From assembly GCA_050293845.1 (NCBI GenBank), contig JBNKNM010000044.1, forward strand, positions 1 to 33,422: a stretch of 33,422 nt of DNA, written 5' to 3'. Shown piece after piece: positions 27,530 to 33,422 of this stretch. Below the pieces are notes generated by a model. It had not been told where the DNA came from. It did no database searches and saw only the letters and a list, made by a program, of their open reading frames with translations. A program made the translations under genes and the position numbers. Position 1 is the stretch's first letter. Every line of letters begins with the position of its first letter. This DNA comes from Pseudobacteriovorax sp. GTDB lineage: Bacteria > Bdellovibrionota_B > Oligoflexia > Oligoflexales > Oligoflexaceae.

Positions 27530-29173
27530 TTAATTTGCGACGAGAACTTCAAAGCTGCTTATACTTTCCACAATGCCACCGAAGGGTATGAGGCAGGCGC
27601 CGTTATCAGTAACTTGGCCAAGATGGAGGCCACTGGCTACTTTAGCGCGACAAAGATATAAATCCGATCCGCCAAGAGATCCATAAACAATACTACCAGC
27701 TGGTAGACTACTCGTACTGGCAGTAACCCAACTGGCATTGTTACCCGTAATAAAGTTGAAGGTGAATCCCTGGGTTTCAGCGCCGTCTAGAGCAATATTA
27801 CAGGCACTAAGATGAGTTCCATATTTTCCGGGGATAAATTCACCATTCTTGATAGTGACACAACCAAAAAGATCCTTGTCATCGGCTTCATAGCCCATAG
27901 CAACAGCTTCCTTCAAAGTGTGTGTAACCTTATCACCGAAAGATTCAAAAGGATTTGGGGCTGGTTCTGCAGAGCCTTCGGGTGCTGTATAAAGAAAGCG
28001 GTCCGGTGAGCCAGCTCCTGGAATTGTAACGATGCCTGCTACCGAGTTAGCCACAAGTCTTCTTGTAATCAGATCGGGTGTTTCACTAGGAAACTGCTCG
28101 AGCAATAGGGCTACGGCTCCTGCCACGTGAGGAGAGGCCATTGAGGTACCACTTAAAGCTTTGGTAGCGGTATCAGAGGAATTGGTTGCTGACGTGATAC
28201 CTGCACCGGGGGCAAAAATATCAACACATGGTCCAAAATTGGAGAAAGAAGCCCTTTGATCATGTCGCGTAGTCGCACCCACTGTAATAACTGAATTTTC
28301 ACGAGCCGGAGACTCGCCACAAGCATTTGCAGTGGAGTTTCCAGCAGCCACAACAAATACAACGCCTGTATCAACGGCATTGGCAATACCTTCATCAAGT
28401 GCACCTGAAGCCGAAGCACCCAAGCTCATATTAGCAACGGCGGGTAGCTTGGCGTTGGCAGCAACCCAATCAACGCCTTTGAGAACTCCAGCGACAGTAC
28501 CAGAACCTTGACAATTCAAAACTCTAACCGGATGAAGGATGACGTCCTTGGCAACCCCATATACGGTACCGCCAAGCGTTCCCGAAACGTGGGTGCCATG
28601 GCCATCACAATCGTTTGTTCCCAAACCATCATCAATGATAGAAAATCCTTCTCCGACTCTTCCGGTAAACTCCACATGGGTACTATGGAGTCCAGTGTCG
28701 ATTACATAAGCGTTAACACCCCGACCTGATGAAGTATAAAAATAAGATGAATCTTGACCGGTTCGGGAATCAATCCGATCGATGCCCCAAGGTGCATTAA
28801 GCTGAGTTTCGTTGATGAATACATACTGATTGGCTTCCACAAAAGCAACATTTTCGTCTTTTGCCAATTCAGAAATTGCTGCTTCGCTCGCATTTACGAT
28901 GAAACCAGGAAGCACATTTTGATATTGGTGAGAGACTTTGGCTTGGAAAGACGTTTCCACATAGTTGGCAAAGCTCTGAACGGCGGCCAGTCTTGAGACT
29001 TTACTAGCAGCGGTATCTTGTTTCATAACAACTATGTATTCTCCAGGTACACGCGTGTTGCTATGCAATCCCCTAACATCTGCCATCGCTTGGGCAGCCA
29101 CAGCTAAACCTAACGCTGACACAGTTAATGCCATTCCCAGACGGGATCTAGGGGTAAGCGAAAATGCTTTCAT
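27530..29173 (-). CDS. Secreted S8 subtilisin-like protease (aqualysin/proteinase K type) with I9 propeptide and C-terminal DM9/DUF3421-like domain
   Basis: Signal peptide, propeptide VPGEYIVVMK, PWGIDRID, and the triad VIDTG / HGTHVSG / GTSMASPHVAG. The tail reads LYLCRA...GLHLGQV...CLIPFGG. SD AGGAG. Confidence 0.95.
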   Translation of the reverse strand: MKAFSLTPRSRLGMALTVSALGLAVAAQAMADVRGLHSNTRVPGEYIVVMKQDTAASKVSRLAAVQSFANYVETSFQAKVSHQYQNVLPGFIVNASEAAISELAKDENVAFVEANQYVFINETQLNAPWGIDRIDSRTGQDSSYFYTSSGRGVNAYVIDTGLHSTHVEFTGRVGEGFSIIDDGLGTNDCDGHGTHVSGTLGGTVYGVAKDVILHPVRVLNCQGSGTVAGVLKGVDWVAANAKLPAVANMSLGASASGALDEGIANAVDTGVVFVVAAGNSTANACGESPARENSVITVGATTRHDQRASFSNFGPCVDIFAPGAGITSATNSSDTATKALSGTSMASPHVAGAVALLLEQFPSETPDLITRRLVANSVAGIVTIPGAGSPDRFLYTAPEGSAEPAPNPFESFGDKVTHTLKEAVAMGYEADDKDLFGCVTIKNGEFIPGKYGTHLSACNIALDGAETQGFTFNFITGNNASWVTASTSSLPAGSIVYGSLGGSDLYLCRAKVASGLHLGQVTDNGACLIPFGGIVESISSFEVLVAN

Positions 29174-30117
29174 AAAAGCTCCTTTTTAAAGCGAAAATTA
29201 ACATGAACGAGCATCTTTTTTGCAGTTCAAAAGATCGAATCGCTACGAAAAGCAGCAATAATATACGGAGAGCTCATCAAACACTGATACATAGCTCAAA
29301 TTAAAGTAAGATATACATTGTCTTTCAGTTAAGAAGTCTCATATCCACTAACTGGGAATTTTCTTAAATGAATTGCAACTCAATTATCACTCCAATGCCC
29401 ATGCCTTGAACATTTGACTATTCTCCCTATATTGCCTCCGAACTACTATAGCGAATAGATACCATGTTCATAATTTTAGCAATATCTCAATGTTTAAAGG
29501 ACTCATATAATAATAATGTAATAGCTATATAAAGCTGTAAAAACGTGCGATTACCAGCAAAAATTGAAAAAATTTAAACTCATTATAATCACAATAGGCT
29601 TTGATCTGTCATTCGGTCTGTGGATTTCAAAACTATCAATTTTCACCCATTGCCAACATTTCAACCAAGTTTTGTATGGTGATCATTATACTGATGTTTT
29701 TTATCTAGGGTATTACATGTAAAGATCTGTATTTACAAAAATTTCATGAACGCCAAGTAAACCGCGATTACAATAATGGAAGTTTTGGTTTTGTTCGCGG
29801 TCACACTTCAAGGTAGTCGTTCAAGGCAAGGAATACAGATTCATTTATAGTAATGTGCTTAGTTTTTCTGGGTTCTTTTCCCTTACGATAAAGTTTTCGC
29901 GAGCCATTAGATTTTTTACTGATGAAAGTGGAATGGCTACTAGATCCAAAAGCTCTAAGAGATGAATTAATATCACCTTTGCCATTTGAAATTTCGATAT
30001 AACTGAGCTCCGGAGTCCAACCAGAAAAAAACCATTGTATTTCGCAAAAAATACTTTATTAGCACACCAACGATGGAAATACCATTATATCGGAAAATCC
30101 ATGTAACATAATGTTTT

Positions 30118-30312
30118 CTTCGTCAGGAATACTGGCTGCAAATCAAAGGCAAGCTATGGGGCGGACATCAGTAGTCACCAAGTTATTGCCTAGTTTCTTG
30201 TGGCAGTGCACCGTTGGATGTTGTTAGGAAATACGTAGCAAAACAAAGAGAACCACTAAACCCGAAAGTAGTTAGAAAATCACTCGAACTCACAGGTAAA
30301 AAGAGAAAATGA
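30118..30312 (+). pseudogene. tnpA: IS200/IS605 TnpA C-terminal fragment
   Basis: LRQEYWLQIKGKLWGGHQ*SPSYCLVSCGSAPLDVVRKYVAKQREP... with an internal TAG at 30172-30174. The N-terminal HUH half is not seen. Confidence 0.88.
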
Positions 30313-30356
30313 GAGAAGGTATACTCACCATCGCTAAGCGCTCAAGTTCACATATA

Positions 30357-30406
30357 CTCGCTTGACTCGGCCCTAAAGAACCAAGATTGCGCGAGAATTT
30401 TGTTAA
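30357..30406 (+). mobile_element. Degenerate IS200/IS605 end hairpin
   Basis: CTCGGCCC-TAAA-GAACCAAG is a mismatched stem with a TAAA loop, flanked by CTCGC/GCGAG, about 45 bp after the tnpA fragment. Confidence 0.45.
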
Positions 30407-30725
30407 AAAAAATTGCTAAAATTTTTATGAACGATTTCAGGCGCTAGTGCCTGTTTACGTTTTTAAAAACCCTCTAATTACAAAGATATATAATTCAAGT
30501 GTAAGAATTTTCAGAAAAAGACAACATGTAAATTACATTCTGGAGATATCCAATAGAGCTCAGGGTGTTACAATCCAACAAAAAAGACTATCCGAATCCA
30601 GGCAAAAATCTCTGCTAGCACTACCTGAAATTGTAGGTAAATTCAGCATTTTCCGCTTGGGAATTCCTGGTACAGTTTTTGCTGATAAAAAGGGTAACCA
30701 AAAACACAAATCAAACGGAATTTTT

Positions 30726-31667
30726 ATGAAACCACGTTCACTAACCACATTAAAAACTCAGACATTACTTATTTCAATGCTAACTTTCTTAATGATGGGT
30801 GCTTGTTCCGAGTCGAAGCAGTCTGGAGATGGGGAGACTGCGGCGGCAACACCCTCTAAAACAGATAGTAATAGCAATAATCAAGAAGAAGGTGACAATT
30901 CAGAAAATACCTTAGATGAAACTGCCTTCACTACATTTAAACAAAAAGCGATAGAAAGCTGTAGATCAAGTATCACTATTTATGTCGATGAAATTCTACA
31001 CACAGGTTTTGATGGAACCAAGGGATTTGAAACACCAATCTTAGGTTTTATGGACTGTGAGCTATCTGAAGATTTTTATAAAACTGAAATTACAGACGCA
31101 CAATATGATGAAATATCGGAAGCATTGTATGAAGTTACATCATTTACCGATGAACAAGCTCAACTCAGCTTTGAAACTCCTGATATTTTCCAAATTAAAG
31201 AGGGTTCGGTTAAGATCGAAGAAGGTGTCTATAGGGCTGTTCTTGTACCTATAGCTGCAGGAGAGTCGAATATAACTCTAGCACAGGGAGATAATTCGGC
31301 ATCTGGGAAAATTATAGCTAAACAGTACCAGGAAGTAGACGTTATTGCGGGACAAAATATCTATAATGGAACAACAGTAATTAATGGGGTAACGGCATGT
31401 TCTGGTTGCCATCAAGCTGCAGGAGGTGTCGATCATTCAGCAAATTTAGTCGGAGTATGTTCCGATACAGAACTAATTTCAGCTGTAACAACTAGTGTTT
31501 ATGGTAACAACGATGAAGGAGAAGTTGGTATATGTACCGATTATGCACTTAACACGCCTCATAATTGGACCTTAGATGCGACTCAGGCAGCACAGGTTGT
31601 GGCCTACCTAAGAAGTCTACCATTAGAAAAAGAAAAGCCGGCGGAAGATCCAGCAGCGAACCAATAA
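30726..31667 (+). CDS. Lipoprotein with C-terminal mono-haem cytochrome c domain
   Basis: Starting at ATG 30726 gives a signal peptide with a lipobox-like MGAC (Cys27). C-terminal AGQNIY...CSGCH...VVAYLRSL matches the class I cytochrome c pattern. The GTG 30447 extension looks non-coding. Confidence 0.8.
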   Translation: MKPRSLTTLKTQTLLISMLTFLMMGACSESKQSGDGETAAATPSKTDSNSNNQEEGDNSENTLDETAFTTFKQKAIESCRSSITIYVDEILHTGFDGTKGFETPILGFMDCELSEDFYKTEITDAQYDEISEALYEVTSFTDEQAQLSFETPDIFQIKEGSVKIEEGVYRAVLVPIAAGESNITLAQGDNSASGKIIAKQYQEVDVIAGQNIYNGTTVINGVTACSGCHQAAGGVDHSANLVGVCSDTELISAVTTSVYGNNDEGEVGICTDYALNTPHNWTLDATQAAQVVAYLRSLPLEKEKPAEDPAANQ

Positions 31668-31774
31668 TCGGCTATTATTAAAGCAGTCTCCTCTGAGCAG
31701 GTTGCTAGCACCATGACGTCGCATGCGGCTATACGAAAGATCATCGATTTGATTAAAGTGATATTGAGCAATTG

Positions 31775-31803
31775 AAGGCAATAAAATGGCACTTTATTGC
31801 CTT
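31775..31803. terminator. Hairpin between convergent genes
   Basis: AAGGCAATAAA-ATGGCAC-TTTATTGCCTT forms a perfect 11-bp stem. Confidence 0.5.
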
Positions 31804-31828
31804 ACCAAATTTAAGACGATTGCAAAAT

Positions 31829-31854
31829 AGGGTTTTGGGATGCCTTAAAACCCT
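31829..31854. terminator. Second hairpin, likely terminator of the amidohydrolase gene
   Basis: AGGGTTTT...AAAACCCT stem about 50 bp past the stop at 31902, followed by ATTTT on the minus strand. Confidence 0.45.
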
Positions 31855-31901
31855 TTCTACCAAAATTAGTTTTTGTCGATATGGGATTTGCTACAATAAG
31901 G

Positions 31902-33185
31902 CTAAGGCCTTCTTACAATTTGTCCTCGTGACATCACAAAAGTGACGTTCTTCATAGCTCTTATATCGTTTAAGGGATTACCGTTGACAGCAATAATATC
32001 TGCTACCATTCCTGATTTAATGATTCCGACACTCTTTTGAATTTTCAAAAGTTTAGCGGCTTCAACGGTAGCTGCTTGAATAGCTTCCATGGGAGGCATT
32101 CCGCCACGTACCATTAATGTAAACTCTTGCCAATTATCACCATGGGATGAAACCCCAGAATCTGTGCCGAATGCAATAGCAACACCTGACTGATAGGCTC
32201 TTTTAAAAGTATCCATAAGCTTAGGGCCAATGTTCGCAGCTTTAGAGCGTAATAACTCTGGAAAGAAGCCATCAATTTTAGCCTTTTCGGCAACCCAATT
32301 ACCAGCCATAATTGTAGGAACATAATAGACCTTGTGCTTTTTCATCAGACGAAAAATTTCCTTATCCATAAAGGTTCCGTGCTCAATGGAATCTACTCCA
32401 GCAAGGATAGCCCGCTTCATACCTTCTTTGCCATGGGCGTGTACGGCGACAGTGAAACCATAATCTTTCGCAGCCGCGACGATAGCCTCCAACTCAGTAT
32501 TCGTAAACTGCGGGTTTTGGCCACTTTTCGCAACGCTAAGAACGCCGCCTGTCGCTGTGATTTTGATAAGGTCTGCGCCTACCTTATATCTATGCCTTAC
32601 AGCCTGATAAGCTTCAGCGGGCCCATTGATCACACCCCCTAAGGGACCTACATCAAGCATATTTCTCCAGCTTGTTCCATTTGTCGGATCTGCATGACCG
32701 CCAGTAGTAGCTATGCTCTTGGAAGCTGTATATATTGTCGGTCCAGGATACAATCCGCTGTTGATAGCTTTGCGAATCGCTATGGTTTCGTTATAAGAGT
32801 CGCCAAGGTCACGAATGGTCGTAAACCCTGCAAGTACTGTCTTTTCAGCGTTTTTTAATCCCTTTATAGCACGATCAGCTTCATTGAGTGTGAAGCGCTC
32901 TACTTGAGCGTGGGGCCCATACTCCAGGGAGATATGCGTATGCATATCCATTAGGCCTGGCATGACAGTGTAGGCTTTAAGATCAACGATAGTGTCAGTT
33001 TTTGAGGAAGGAGCGTACCCATCAAGAAGCTGAACAACCTTACCATTCTCTACGAAGATAGTCTGTTGTTTCAGAAGGCGACCATGCTCTGTATCAATCA
33101 GTTGTCCGGCGTGAATGACAGTTTTGGCGGTGAGAGTGGTACAGGACATAAGATGAATAAATACCATTAAACTGACTAACTTCAT
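31902..33185 (-). CDS. Secreted metal-dependent amidohydrolase (Xaa-Pro dipeptidase-like)
   Basis: MPGLMDMHTH, AGFTTIRDLG, IKITATGGV, VAVHAHG, SIEHG and FGTDSGV. ATG 33185 has SD GGAG and is followed by a signal peptide. Confidence 0.92.
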   Translation of the reverse strand: MKLVSLMVFIHLMSCTTLTAKTVIHAGQLIDTEHGRLLKQQTIFVENGKVVQLLDGYAPSSKTDTIVDLKAYTVMPGLMDMHTHISLEYGPHAQVERFTLNEADRAIKGLKNAEKTVLAGFTTIRDLGDSYNETIAIRKAINSGLYPGPTIYTASKSIATTGGHADPTNGTSWRNMLDVGPLGGVINGPAEAYQAVRHRYKVGADLIKITATGGVLSVAKSGQNPQFTNTELEAIVAAAKDYGFTVAVHAHGKEGMKRAILAGVDSIEHGTFMDKEIFRLMKKHKVYYVPTIMAGNWVAEKAKIDGFFPELLRSKAANIGPKLMDTFKRAYQSGVAIAFGTDSGVSSHGDNWQEFTLMVRGGMPPMEAIQAATVEAAKLLKIQKSVGIIKSGMVADIIAVNGNPLNDIRAMKNVTFVMSRGQIVRRP

Positions 33186-33345
33186 GGGGTCTCCGTAGTA
33201 ATCCAGGGGAGCTATACACCTGGATGGGAACATTGTAAAGTCGACATGACGCCGCAAGCGATGGATTTTCGGATTCCGGATATATAGCTACTAAGGAACA
33301 AGGATTAATGCAACGAAAACCTAGCCAATTTATCCTGATGTAACA

Positions 33346-33422
33346 GTCAATTACCCCCACCTAAAGGAGGGGGCTTGTGAGGTGACTCGCAAGGGAGACT
33401 AGTTGACCAGACCACTAGCAAG
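33346..33422 (+). ncRNA. 5' end of HEARO/omega-RNA, the end of an IscB/IsrB-type IS200/IS605 element (truncated by window edge)
   Basis: GTCAATTACCCCCACCTAAAGGAGGGGGCTTG...TAGTTGACCAGAC matches the GTCAA.TACCCC...TAAAG...GGGGCTTG...GTTGACCAG start pattern. It folds as a closing stem plus two hairpins. Confidence 0.8.

Noticed and set aside
30447..30725. N-terminal 93-aa extension of the cytochrome lipoprotein
   Set aside because: It would bury the signal peptide and lipobox; ATG 30726 gives a normal lipoprotein.
31787..31800. Sigma-54 promoter TGGCAC...TTGC
   Set aside because: GG-GC spacing is 9 nt instead of 10, it lies within a hairpin, and no plus-strand gene follows.
1357..32642. Many short ORFs nested in or antisense to well-supported genes (e.g. 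1385-1708, 5528-5863, 8834-9016, 13638-14051, 22896-23273)
   Set aside because: No motifs, and fully explained as alternative-frame shadows of conserved genes.
33094..33360. 88-aa minus-strand ORF
   Set aside because: It starts inside the omega-RNA end, overlaps the amidohydrolase out of frame and has no recognisable motifs.

Overview
Chromosomal window from a diderm bacterium. The gene repertoire suggests Bdellovibrionota/Oligoflexia or another delta-like lineage, which is inference only. Bases 1-26.4 kb are dense and core-like. They begin with the 3' end of an ABC exporter, followed by a long minus-strand run: giant Ser/Thr kinase-STAND ATPase, tatA, two ArsA/Get3-like ATPases, mlaE, mlaF, a long mlaD with a probable C-terminal beta-barrel, a membrane protein and prc. 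Next come pyk, a REC-GGDEF protein overlapping pyk tail-to-tail, a class A PBP with an LppC/LpoA-like partner, murI, a gluQ-thiL-SprT/DUF2786-methyltransferase run and ogt. Bases 26.4-33.4 kb are sparser and look accessory. They hold a secreted S8 protease with a DM9-like tail, a mono-haem c lipoprotein and a secreted amidohydrolase. Between these lie IS200/IS605 remnants that the ORF track misses: three tnpA fragments and one tnpB fragment with RuvC-I. The last 77 bases match the 5' end of a HEARO/omega-RNA typical of IscB/IsrB OMEGA elements; any nuclease gene would lie beyond the window. The best candidates for an under-described system are the kinase-tatA-Get3-like pair-minimal trans-envelope MlaEFD cluster and the OMEGA element at the edge. 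All family calls come from motif recognition by eye; no searches were run.
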